A stretch of 57,728 bases of DNA from a virus (taxonomy: Duplodnaviria > Caudoviricetes), in the IMG/VR virus record IMGVR_UViG_3300025151_004898, positions 1 through 57,728 of that record; one strand, 5' to 3'. Made by a program: the position numbers and the translations under genes. Below the pieces are notes generated by a model. That model saw nothing but the letters and a program-made list of their open reading frames with translations, did no database searches and was not told the origin of the DNA. This document shows positions 40,489 to 49,692 of this stretch, piece by piece (the first letter of the stretch is position 1; each line of letters begins with the position of its first letter).

Positions 40489-40887
40489 ATGGAAGATATT
40501 TTTAATGGTCATGGAATAGAGATCGATATAAAAGAAAAGGATGATTTCTTAAAAATACGAGAAACACTAACTAGAATGGGAGTTTCTTCTAGAAAAGAAA
40601 ACAAACTATTCCAATCTTGTCATATATTACACAAGCGCGGTCGATATGCTATCATGCACTTCAAAGAGCTGTTTTTGATGGATGGTCTACAGTCTGATAT
40701 AACAGATAACGATCTGGAAAGAAGAAATACCATTGTTGGTCTGTTAGAAGAGTGGGAATTGTTGGAAATACTCGATGAAAATTACGATGATCTTCCAAAG
40801 GCAAGTTTAGCTCAGATAAAAATTATTCCTCACAAAGAAAAGGCGGAATGGGAATTGATTCCAAAATACCATATAGGTAAAAAATAA
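40489..40887 (+). CDS. regA: Translational repressor RegA
   Basis: DDFLKIRETLTRMGVSS, LFQSCHILHKRGRY, HFKELF, WELIPKY. Confidence 0.97.
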   Translation: MEDIFNGHGIEIDIKEKDDFLKIRETLTRMGVSSRKENKLFQSCHILHKRGRYAIMHFKELFLMDGLQSDITDNDLERRNTIVGLLEEWELLEILDENYDDLPKASLAQIKIIPHKEKAEWELIPKYHIGKK

Positions 40888-41528
40888 TGAATTTTAAAGT
40901 GATTAGTTATTATTGTGATGTAGATGAATCTAAATATTACGAAAAATCATACCATAGACTGAAGAACAAATTGGATGAATATGGGTATGATTATCACATT
41001 GAGCATTTACAAAGTCTTGGTTCATATAAAGAAAATTGCAGAAGAAAAATAGACTTTATAATTGAAAAGATTAATCAATTCGATGAGAATTTATTGTGGC
41101 TCGATATTGATACCATACTACTCAAGCGAATGGAACAATTGGAGAGCTTGATTGAGGGACCTGATTTGGTTTTTGCTGGTAGTAGTAAAGATTTGATATC
41201 AATGAAAGCCTCGCCGATACTGTTCATTAATAATGAAAACTCCAGAAAGTTTCTACAGGGATGGAAATCTCTAATAGATATTACTAGAGAAAATGGTGAT
41301 GAGTGTTTTGATCATGAGGTTATGTTCAAATCAATTTTTGATGCAAAGGATTATTGTACATTTGCTGCTGTTGGTTATGAGTACTGCACATGGCCGGGAC
41401 ACGAGAATGAAGATACTGTGATATTGATGGGTCTTTCTGATGTTGATTCTAAGAAAGAGTCTCTACGAAAAATGGGCTTCCAAGAGGGAGCAATAGATTG
41501 GCAAACTGTGGGATTATATAATGAATGA
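40887..41528 (+). CDS. Putative GT-A glycosyltransferase (DxD)
   Basis: K..FI, LLWLDID and DHE motifs of nucleotide-diphospho-sugar transferases; first gene of the glycan cluster. Confidence 0.6.
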   Translation: MNFKVISYYCDVDESKYYEKSYHRLKNKLDEYGYDYHIEHLQSLGSYKENCRRKIDFIIEKINQFDENLLWLDIDTILLKRMEQLESLIEGPDLVFAGSSKDLISMKASPILFINNENSRKFLQGWKSLIDITRENGDECFDHEVMFKSIFDAKDYCTFAAVGYEYCTWPGHENEDTVILMGLSDVDSKKESLRKMGFQEGAIDWQTVGLYNE

Positions 41529-42348
41529 AATAATGTGTGTTGGTCAACCCTTTACTGTTAGTCACTCTTCTTGCTCTGACTTGACACCAGAGTTATTTCG
41601 ATGGACCAGTAAACCTAGTAATACCGATATTGTTGTGTGTATTGATGCTGCAATTGTTGGTGGCTTTGATAGTGATGATTTACCAGAAAATAGATTTGGT
41701 TGGTTGTGTGAGTCTCCGGTTATAATTCCGGACATGTATAGAACTGTGTCTGAGTACGCAGATGCTTTGCTCGAATACTATACCGCACTATTTACATGTG
41801 ATAGTGAGCTTGCTGACGAACACGATAGAATACATCTGATTTCTTCTGGTAGTAATTTGCCATGGACTAAAGATTTTAATGTATACGAAAAAAGTAAAAA
41901 TGTATCGTTGGTCGCTTCTCATAAAAACTTTACAGAGGGGCACAAGTTGCGACATGCATTAGTGGAAGAACATGCTGATGCATTTGATGTTATTGGATCA
42001 ATTAATGGTGAGCGTATTGGTGGTAGTTTGTTTGATAAGATGGAAGGATATCGTGACTATAGGTTCACAGTAGTTGTAGAGAACTGCAAACATGATACCT
42101 ATTATACAGAAAAACTAACTGATGCATTTGCAACTGGGACAATTCCTGTGTACTGGGGATCAGAGAAGGTGCGTGATATTTTTAATCCCGATGGTATTAT
42201 TATGCTAACAGATGATTTTGATTTCTCTCAACTAACAGAGGAACTTTATCAAGAAAAACTAGATGCAGTTAAAGATAATTTTGAACGTGTGAAAAACTTA
42301 AAAATGGCTGATGATGAACTCTACGAAATCATACAAACCTATTGTTAA
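41521..42348 (+). CDS. GT10 (alpha-1,3-fucosyltransferase-like) glycosyltransferase
   Basis: YRFTVVVEN...YYTEKL.DAF..GTIPVYWG. Confidence 0.85.
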   Translation: MNEIMCVGQPFTVSHSSCSDLTPELFRWTSKPSNTDIVVCIDAAIVGGFDSDDLPENRFGWLCESPVIIPDMYRTVSEYADALLEYYTALFTCDSELADEHDRIHLISSGSNLPWTKDFNVYEKSKNVSLVASHKNFTEGHKLRHALVEEHADAFDVIGSINGERIGGSLFDKMEGYRDYRFTVVVENCKHDTYYTEKLTDAFATGTIPVYWGSEKVRDIFNPDGIIMLTDDFDFSQLTEELYQEKLDAVKDNFERVKNLKMADDELYEIIQTYC

Positions 42349-43180
42349 AAATGGTAATTACTTATTTTCCTCTAGTATAGAATTTCCGCAACCTGTTGAA
42401 ATTCATTTTGTTCGTATAGAGGAGTTTGACAATTCCGATGCATATAAGGTCTTAGTGCTCTCTAGTGAGAGCGTTCTTTCTCCAAACAGAGAGAGTCTTG
42501 CTTCTGTTGTAGAAAATGCTTCGCGTTATGATTTGATTTTGTGTGCAGATGATGAAATAGTTGATTCATGTCCTAATGCCATATTATTTCCATATGGTTC
42601 TACTTGGCTGAATCGTGGCGAACTTAATCACCCAGACGGGCTTGGATACTTTGATCCAGAAGTACCTACATTCCATAAGCGTGATAGAACAATAAATGAT
42701 GTTAGTTTTCTTGCGTCTTGGTATGATACGGATCGTCAGGGATACAATATAAGAAAAGAAATATGGGACAGACAGGAAGAAATTAATATTCCAATTATGT
42801 TCCATACAAGTAGAAAATCTTTCCTGAATGCCCCAAATCCATTACCCACAGGCGAAAAGGAAGATCTTTTTTATTCTATGTTCCACATCTGCATAGAAAA
42901 TCAATCCGTGCGACATTATTTCACCGAGAAAATTGTTGATGCATTTTTAACATATACAATTCCTGTGTATTGGGGATGTCCAAATATTGGCTCGTATTTT
43001 CATACAGAGGGCATGATTCTGTTTGATACGGTTGATGAACTTATACCAAAATTAAATGAATTGACATATGAATATTATTATGATAAACTAGCATTTGTGG
43101 AAAAAAATAGAAAGATCGCAGAGTCTTATGCCAACTTCGGTGAAAGAATAGCCGAAGCAATCAATACAAAATTAAATTGA
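42311..43180 (+). CDS. GT10 (fucosyltransferase-like) glycosyltransferase, second paralog
   Basis: FHICIEN....YFTEKIVDAF...TIPVYWG. Confidence 0.85.
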   Translation: MMNSTKSYKPIVKNGNYLFSSSIEFPQPVEIHFVRIEEFDNSDAYKVLVLSSESVLSPNRESLASVVENASRYDLILCADDEIVDSCPNAILFPYGSTWLNRGELNHPDGLGYFDPEVPTFHKRDRTINDVSFLASWYDTDRQGYNIRKEIWDRQEEINIPIMFHTSRKSFLNAPNPLPTGEKEDLFYSMFHICIENQSVRHYFTEKIVDAFLTYTIPVYWGCPNIGSYFHTEGMILFDTVDELIPKLNELTYEYYYDKLAFVEKNRKIAESYANFGERIAEAINTKLN

Positions 43181-43197
43181 TATTTAGTGGGAATTTG

Positions 43198-43221
43198 TCA
43201 ATGGAAGAAATTCTAAAACTA
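43198..43221 (+). repeat. 24-bp direct repeat, left copy
   Basis: TCAATGGAAGAAATTCTAAAACTA, identical to 44498-44521. Confidence 0.95.
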
Positions 43222-44535
43222 GTAGAAGAGTATATTACAAAAAAGAATAACGAGAAGACTTGGGTTCCCGGTAAAGATATAGTCCAATATGCTGGACCTT
43301 ATTTTGGTACTGAGGAGTACACCGAGTCAGTTAAGACTCTGTTGAATGGTTGGCTCGTTCTTGGTCAGTCTGGTATTAAGTTTGAAAGAAAGTTTCCTCG
43401 ATTGATGGGTAAGGATTTTGGTATTCTTACCAATAGTGGTAGTAGTTCCAATCTTCTTATGATGTCGGCTCTTACTTCGAAGCGTGGAGCCAATTTACCA
43501 AAGGGAACCAAGGTTATCACTCCCATTGCTGGGTTCCCCACAACAATCAATCCAATTTTTCAAGTGGGGTTCGAGCCAGCGTTTGTTGATATTGACATAG
43601 ACACATTGAACCTAAACTTAGATCAGGTAGAGGAGAGAGCAAAGGAGGGGTGTAAGGTTATTACGTTTGCTCACGTTCTTGGTAACCCACCAAACATGGA
43701 TCGACTCATGGAGATTGTTGATGAGTACGGGTTGATTCTTCTTGAGGACTGCTGTGATGCACTTGGTTCTACTTATCGAGGTAGACCTCTTGGTAGCTAT
43801 GGAGACTATGCATCATGCTCGTTCTACCCTGCCCACCATATCACTATGGGTGAGGGAGGTTTTGTTGCTTGTAATACAAAGAATCAGGAGATCGTTGCTA
43901 GGAGTTTCCGTGAGTGGGGTAGGGGATGTTACTGCGTTGGACAGAAGCAAGGTCTTCTCAAGAATGGTATGTGCAGAAATCGATTTTCTAACTGGTTACC
44001 CGCACTTCCTGATGAAATTTTTGACCATAAGTATGTCTATGATGAGATCGGATACAATCTAAAGCCTACAGATCTACAGGCAGCAATGGGACTTGTTCAA
44101 TTGGAAAGATTGCCTGAGATTATTGAGAAGAGAAAGTATAATCACAAGCGTCTTTGTGATATTTTCTCTCGGTACGAAGAGTACTTTATTATTCCGGAGA
44201 AGACCGATCATTCTGATCCAGCATGGTTTGCTTTTGCACTAACAATACGTGACGGCGCTCCATTTAAGAGAAGAGATATTATTGATTATCTAGAGAACAA
44301 TAAGATACAGACTCGTCCATATTTTGCTGGAAACATAATGTTGCAACCAGCTTACGAGGGATTGATGGATCAGAATGAGGTGATCGAGAAGTATCCCAAT
44401 GCTCGTAAGATTACAACTGATACGTTCTTTTTAGGAACAAGTCCAGTGATAACCGATAATCAGTTGGATTATATTTCTGACGTAATTGATGGATTTATCA
44501 ATGGAAGAAATTCTAAAACTAAAGGGGAGTTATAA
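43201..44535 (+). CDS. rfbH: CDP-4-keto-6-deoxy-glucose 3-dehydrase (RfbH/DdhC, E1)-like
   Basis: NSGSSSNL, FAHVLGNP, EDCCDALG, SFYPAHHITMGEGG (His at the usual Lys position), WGRGCYC, FDHKY, GYNLK; start moved to ATG 43201. Confidence 0.9.
   Translation: MEEILKLVEEYITKKNNEKTWVPGKDIVQYAGPYFGTEEYTESVKTLLNGWLVLGQSGIKFERKFPRLMGKDFGILTNSGSSSNLLMMSALTSKRGANLPKGTKVITPIAGFPTTINPIFQVGFEPAFVDIDIDTLNLNLDQVEERAKEGCKVITFAHVLGNPPNMDRLMEIVDEYGLILLEDCCDALGSTYRGRPLGSYGDYASCSFYPAHHITMGEGGFVACNTKNQEIVARSFREWGRGCYCVGQKQGLLKNGMCRNRFSNWLPALPDEIFDHKYVYDEIGYNLKPTDLQAAMGLVQLERLPEIIEKRKYNHKRLCDIFSRYEEYFIIPEKTDHSDPAWFAFALTIRDGAPFKRRDIIDYLENNKIQTRPYFAGNIMLQPAYEGLMDQNEVIEKYPNARKITTDTFFLGTSPVITDNQLDYISDVIDGFINGRNSKTKGEL
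44498..44521 (+). repeat. 24-bp direct repeat, right copy
   Basis: Identical to 43198-43221, offset 1300 bp. Confidence 0.95.
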
Positions 44536-44537
44536 TA

Positions 44538-45458
44538 ATGAAAATTACATTTTACAATAGATTCCATCGTGGAGATATACACTTTTCTAGATCGTTTGTA
44601 GAACACACAATTCGTTCTTTGCATAATATTCGTGATGATATTGAGTTTTCGTATATACATGAAAACTCTGCCGATACATTGTCAGATATTCCAAACCTGA
44701 TAGAAATTCCTAACCAAACTATTACTTCAGACATCTGGCCAGATAAATGTATGATGGTTGTTAATAGATCAAATGAAGATGGTGAATTGAGTCTTGGTAT
44801 TAATACGTGGATTGCATCCAATGATCATATATTCAGATCGAATTGTGGCTGTTGTTTCGCTGGAAATTTGGTTATGTGGCAGATGATCTGGAAAATTCTT
44901 GACAATGACCATGGTTTGAAAGTGATGCCCCCAGAAAACCCTCATGATCTATTACCAAAGATTGATTATGATCATTACAATCATTGTTCATTCGTTGATG
45001 ATCATATTAAAAATACAGATGAAAAATATAGGAAACGTATTTTTGTCTCAAATGGTCCTGTATTATCAGGCCAAGCGATTAATTTTGATTTCGATCCAAT
45101 TATAGGTAAGGTTGTAGAAGAGAACCCAGACTGTGTATTTTATTTAACAGACAGTACTAGTCTAGAGGCACCAAATATATACAGTACAAGGGGGCTTATC
45201 AATAAAGACGGATGTGATTTAAATGAGAATTCATACTTGAGCACGTTTTGTGATGTTATTATCGGCCGAGCTTCTGGACCATTTGCATATTCTTGTTGTC
45301 ATACTAACTTCATGGATGAAAATAAAAAGTTTTGTATATTTACGAACGGGGTAGAAGAGGGTGCATGGTTTACTGGTGGTAAATGTAACTATGAATGGTG
45401 CAAGAGTGAAGATATTGCACAGGTAGAAAATATTATTAGAACTAGTATAGGAGAATAA
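44538..45458 (+). CDS. Putative GT-B glycosyltransferase (GT9-like)
   Basis: N-terminal HRGD and C-terminal CDVIIGRASGP resemble GT9 GD and IGxDSGP motifs; cluster context. Confidence 0.45.
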   Translation: MKITFYNRFHRGDIHFSRSFVEHTIRSLHNIRDDIEFSYIHENSADTLSDIPNLIEIPNQTITSDIWPDKCMMVVNRSNEDGELSLGINTWIASNDHIFRSNCGCCFAGNLVMWQMIWKILDNDHGLKVMPPENPHDLLPKIDYDHYNHCSFVDDHIKNTDEKYRKRIFVSNGPVLSGQAINFDFDPIIGKVVEENPDCVFYLTDSTSLEAPNIYSTRGLINKDGCDLNENSYLSTFCDVIIGRASGPFAYSCCHTNFMDENKKFCIFTNGVEEGAWFTGGKCNYEWCKSEDIAQVENIIRTSIGE

Positions 45459-45459
45459 A

Positions 45460-45807
45460 ATGGAATTTACTAATACACTTGAGGATTTAATTAAAGATCA
45501 TGTTGATGCAATTTGTTCTGAAAGAGCCATGGTGGAGCTACCAGATAATCTTATTGCAACAGATAATTTGGCGGAAGTGATTGAGAAACTTGTTATTCTT
45601 CATATCCGAACATGGATGTTGGAGGACAGAGTTGGTGTTGCGACTGAGGATTCTGAGGTTGCGTCACTTAAAAAGAAAATTGATATTTGTTTCAAACAGA
45701 AGCGTCCCTCCTATATTGAAGCAATCAATAGAATGATTGATGATGCCATCATTAATCGCACACCTTTAGTGGAGGACAGCGTAAAGTCATATGAAGGACA
45801 TGAGTGA
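45460..45807 (+). CDS. Small helical protein, DUF4254-like
   Basis: LAEVIEKLVILHIRTWMLED...KKKID...R; SD AGGAG. Confidence 0.45.
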   Translation: MEFTNTLEDLIKDHVDAICSERAMVELPDNLIATDNLAEVIEKLVILHIRTWMLEDRVGVATEDSEVASLKKKIDICFKQKRPSYIEAINRMIDDAIINRTPLVEDSVKSYEGHE

Positions 45808-46561
45808 TTGTTTAGTGGTAGGAGATACATCTCAGATATCTCACTGCCTTCCTTCTTCGTTTTCTCGTGTTTCTTCTAGAAATTTTGATGCAGATTTAGT
45901 TGATGATTATGATAGAATCTTTATCTGTTTTGCGGAGCAGAGAACATTTGACAACTCATTAGACTTCATGGAAGTAAACTATGATTATACTTTGTCAATG
46001 ATCGATGATTTATTGCCCAAGTGTAATGAACTAGTTTTTTATTCGACTGCTATGTTATGGGAAAAACGTAAATCATATTCGATTGATGATGATTATGCAT
46101 ATGATAAACGAAATAATTATTTGGTTTCTAAACAGAAGATAACAGATGAGTTGAAGGGGAAGGATAGTGTGTTGATTCATTATCCATGCAATTTCAATTC
46201 AACTAAACGTAAAGATGGATATTTGTTTTCTAAATTGATTGATGCGTGTGCAGGTAATCCCATAATAACGGGCAATCTGGATTTTAATCGAGAGCTAGTA
46301 CATGCCTCTTATGTTGCGAATACCTCATTGTATTCGGACGAATCTAGGATTATTGCTCCTGGCTATCTTACAAATGTACGTAAGTATTTTCATGATGTCA
46401 TGGAACATTTTGGTGCTTCTCCCGAACTAATAACAGAAAATGCATCGGCAAAGTATATGCCTAAACCAAATTCTATGCACTCGGTTGTTGATAAAACGTA
46501 TGGGTATGATAGACTAGTTGAAGATACAATCATAGACATTGGGAGACATCTTAGTGATTAA
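45791..46561 (+). CDS. Degenerate NAD-dependent epimerase/reductase (SDR-like)
   Basis: LVVGDTSQI, FYST, YLVSK (YxxxK), NFNS, RELVH; start may be 45800. Confidence 0.6.
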   Translation: MKDMSDCLVVGDTSQISHCLPSSFSRVSSRNFDADLVDDYDRIFICFAEQRTFDNSLDFMEVNYDYTLSMIDDLLPKCNELVFYSTAMLWEKRKSYSIDDDYAYDKRNNYLVSKQKITDELKGKDSVLIHYPCNFNSTKRKDGYLFSKLIDACAGNPIITGNLDFNRELVHASYVANTSLYSDESRIIAPGYLTNVRKYFHDVMEHFGASPELITENASAKYMPKPNSMHSVVDKTYGYDRLVEDTIIDIGRHLSD

Positions 46562-47705
46562 TCTTGTAGAAGATACAATCTGTTCTGACGATATACAGTC
46601 ATTGATATCGTGGTTAGAAACCAATCCTCGTTTGACAAAGGGTGAGCAGACAACTTTATTTGAACAAGAGTGGTCGGCGTTTACTGGAGTTAAGCATTCG
46701 GTTTTTGTTAATTCTGGTTCTTCTGCTAATCTTGGGATTATATCTGCCTTGGTTCAGTCTAATAAGTTAAAGAACAAAAAGGTTCTTGTGCCAGCAGTAT
46801 CTTGGTCAACTACAGTTGCTCCTGTAATACAGTGTGGACTTACACCAATTCTGGTTGATGCTGACGAGAATAATTTGGGTATTTGTATTGCTGATCTGGA
46901 AAGAAAACTCAATGAGCATGAGCCAGCGGCGTGTGTGCTTGTCCATGTACTTGGATTTCCTTGTCACATGAAAGAGATTATGTCTCTTTGTGAATATCAC
47001 GATACGCTTGTGATTGAGGACAGTTGTGAAAGTATTGGTTCTGTTTATCAGGGTAAGAAAACTGGGTGCTTTGGACTAGCATCTTCGTTTTCGTTTTACT
47101 TTGGTCACCATATGTCCACTATTGAGGGTGGGATGATATGCACGAATGATGATGAATTTTATGATTTACTAAAATCAATTCGTTCTCATGGTTGGGACAG
47201 GGACATCCATCCCACCAAACAAAAAGAACTTCGTCAAAAATATAATGTTGATGATTTTACTGCGCTGTATACATTCTATCACGATGGATTCAATCTAAGG
47301 TCAACCGATCTCCAAGCATTTATTGGTAGAAGGCAGTTAACTAAACTGTCCCACATAATTTCCAACAGACAACGAAATTTTTATTACTATGATACTATGT
47401 CCAATCAAGAGTGGAAACCCAAACCTGTTGGTGAAGTCATTTCTAATTTTGCATATCCAATAATTTCTAAGAACAAGAAACTTCTGATTTCAAATCTGAA
47501 GGAAGCAGGAGTGGAGTGTAGACCTCTTGTGTGTGGGTCCATTGGAAAGCAGCCATTTTGGGTGAATAAATATGGTGAATGCTCATTACCAGTGGCTGAT
47601 AGAGTTCATAAGTACGGTCTATATGTACCAAACCATCCGGGAATGTCATTGCATGACGTAGAAAAAGTTTGTGATGTTATTAATAAAACAGAAGGATGTG
47701 ACTAG
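46554..47705 (+). CDS. ColD-like NDP-4-keto-6-deoxyhexose 3-dehydratase (DegT family)
   Basis: VNSGSSANL, AVSWSTT, EDSCES, SFYFGHHMSTIEGG (His at the usual Lys position), RSHGW, GFNLR; GTG start with GGAG. Confidence 0.8.
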   Translation: MINLVEDTICSDDIQSLISWLETNPRLTKGEQTTLFEQEWSAFTGVKHSVFVNSGSSANLGIISALVQSNKLKNKKVLVPAVSWSTTVAPVIQCGLTPILVDADENNLGICIADLERKLNEHEPAACVLVHVLGFPCHMKEIMSLCEYHDTLVIEDSCESIGSVYQGKKTGCFGLASSFSFYFGHHMSTIEGGMICTNDDEFYDLLKSIRSHGWDRDIHPTKQKELRQKYNVDDFTALYTFYHDGFNLRSTDLQAFIGRRQLTKLSHIISNRQRNFYYYDTMSNQEWKPKPVGEVISNFAYPIISKNKKLLISNLKEAGVECRPLVCGSIGKQPFWVNKYGECSLPVADRVHKYGLYVPNHPGMSLHDVEKVCDVINKTEGCD

Positions 47706-47708
47706 ATT

Positions 47709-48662
47709 ATGAAAATTGTATACGTTACTGGATGTTTGGGCTTTATTGGTTCGTATGTAACTAGGATGTGTCTTGATCGTGGTTGGTATGTCAAGGGTGT
47801 TGACAGCATGACATATGCTGCTAATAATAATCTGCTCGACGAATTCCAGCAGTATGAAAATTTTTCATTCGTCCACTGCGACATAAATGAATTGAAGTTT
47901 TTGTATGATTGTGATTACATCATCAATACTGCCGCAGAAACACATGTAGGTAACTCTATTGCAAACAGTGATGATTTTGTAGCGTCGAACATCAACGGTG
48001 TTCATAATATTTTGGAGTTGATTAAAAACTATCGCCAAGAACATAGTAAGGTTCCAACCCTTTTACATTTTAGCACAGATGAGGTTTATGGTGATATTGT
48101 AGATGGGGCACATACAGAAACTGATGTGCTAAAGCCATCCAATCCATACTCCGCAACCAAAGCAGCAGCGGATATGTTGGTATTAGCATGGGCAAGAACA
48201 TATGATATTCCATATGTCATATTGCGTCCCACCAACAACTATGGTATCGGTCAGTATGTTGAAAAACTAATACCGAAAACCTGTAAGTTTCTTAAATTGG
48301 GAAGAAAGATTCCATTACACAACAATGGCACTCCAATACGAAATTGGTTACATGCCGAGGACACAGCGAATGCGGTAATTAAGATTATCGAAGCGGAAGT
48401 GACTAATGAAATTTACAATATCGCTGGTGGATTTGAACAAAGTAATATGGATACTGTTTGTAAACTTATTAGCGTGTTGACAGACGGTGCAGATTACGAT
48501 ATACTAGACTACGTTGATACCTCGTTCTCAAGGGTCGGTCAGGATTTGAGATATGCTCTCGATGACTCCAAACTAAGATCACTAGGATGGGAACCCAGCA
48601 AAGTTTTTGATGAAGAAATAATCGATATAGTAAATTACTATAAAAATAAGTTTATTTGGTGA
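47709..48662 (+). CDS. NDP-glucose 4,6-dehydratase (RmlB-like)
   Basis: VTGCLGFIG, AAETHV, STDEVYG, PYSATK, NNYG, EKLIP, YALD. Confidence 0.88.
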   Translation: MKIVYVTGCLGFIGSYVTRMCLDRGWYVKGVDSMTYAANNNLLDEFQQYENFSFVHCDINELKFLYDCDYIINTAAETHVGNSIANSDDFVASNINGVHNILELIKNYRQEHSKVPTLLHFSTDEVYGDIVDGAHTETDVLKPSNPYSATKAAADMLVLAWARTYDIPYVILRPTNNYGIGQYVEKLIPKTCKFLKLGRKIPLHNNGTPIRNWLHAEDTANAVIKIIEAEVTNEIYNIAGGFEQSNMDTVCKLISVLTDGADYDILDYVDTSFSRVGQDLRYALDDSKLRSLGWEPSKVFDEEIIDIVNYYKNKFIW

Positions 48663-48666
48663 CCAC

Positions 48667-49692
48667 ATGTCAATTGATTTAAAAATTCTAGACTGCACTC
48701 TAAGAGATGGTGGTTATGTTAATAGTTTTTCGTTTGGTGAAGAAAACATAAGAAAGATTGTTGATGGATTAACTTCCAGTGGAGTAGACATTATTGAGAT
48801 TGGTTTTCTGAAAGACGGAAACCACGGTGCAAACCAAACACTATTCAATAGAGTTTCAGAAGCAGAAAAGTTTACTACAGACAATCAAGAATATTGTTTG
48901 ATGATTAGACCAGACTGGTATGACATTGAACAGTTGGAGTCTTGCACGGGAAACATTGCCAATCTTCGTTTTGCTTTTCATTATACAGATATGGAACTAG
49001 CATTAGACCACGCAAAGTTTGCTAGAGAACTCGGTTACAATATTTTCTTTAACCCTGTGTCTATTTTAAATTATAGCAAAGCAGAACTAAAAGATATGTT
49101 AACTCGTTTGAATGAGTTCTCTCCTGCCGGTGTTAGCATAGTAGATACATTTGGTTCTCTCGTTCCGTCTGATCTTCACGATATGTTTTCAACATTCAAT
49201 GAGTTTTTGGACGATCATATTGGTCTGGGGTTACATCTACACGAAAACCTCTCCTTATCGATGTCACTTGCCACGCACTTCATTGAGTTAATGAAAAACT
49301 CTATACGAACAGCATACCTTGACTCCTCCGTTCTTGGTATGGGGAGAGTTCCCGGTAACCTATGCACTGAATTACTACTACCATATGTGAACCGAGTAGT
49401 TCAAGATAAATATGACTTAAGTGAAATCTACAAACTAATAGATGATCCCATTTCAACTATTAGAGAAACTGTGTCATGGGGGTATATGCCAGCATATGCA
49501 ATCACAGGGTTCCTTAACATCCACAGATCATATGCAGAACATTTGATGGATAAACGAGATATATCTCTTGAATCTATTAATATTATTTTAGACAAAGTGG
49601 CAAGAAGCGGGAATGGTGAAAACTTTACTGAATCTCTGGTGGACGAGATCTATGAGGAATGTATGAATGAGAAAAACTGTCAAAGTATCTGA
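48667..49692 (+). CDS. HMGL-like (DRE-TIM) aldolase
   Basis: ILDCTLRDGG, IIEIGF, VDTFG, LHLHENL, GMGRVPGN. Confidence 0.85.
   Translation: MSIDLKILDCTLRDGGYVNSFSFGEENIRKIVDGLTSSGVDIIEIGFLKDGNHGANQTLFNRVSEAEKFTTDNQEYCLMIRPDWYDIEQLESCTGNIANLRFAFHYTDMELALDHAKFARELGYNIFFNPVSILNYSKAELKDMLTRLNEFSPAGVSIVDTFGSLVPSDLHDMFSTFNEFLDDHIGLGLHLHENLSLSMSLATHFIELMKNSIRTAYLDSSVLGMGRVPGNLCTELLLPYVNRVVQDKYDLSEIYKLIDDPISTIRETVSWGYMPAYAITGFLNIHRSYAEHLMDKRDISLESINIILDKVARSGNGENFTESLVDEIYEECMNEKNCQSI

Noticed and set aside
46520-46580. 12-bp repeat GAAGATACAATC encoding EDTI at the end of one gene and the start of the next
   Set aside because: Too short and too close to separate from chance or a small local duplication
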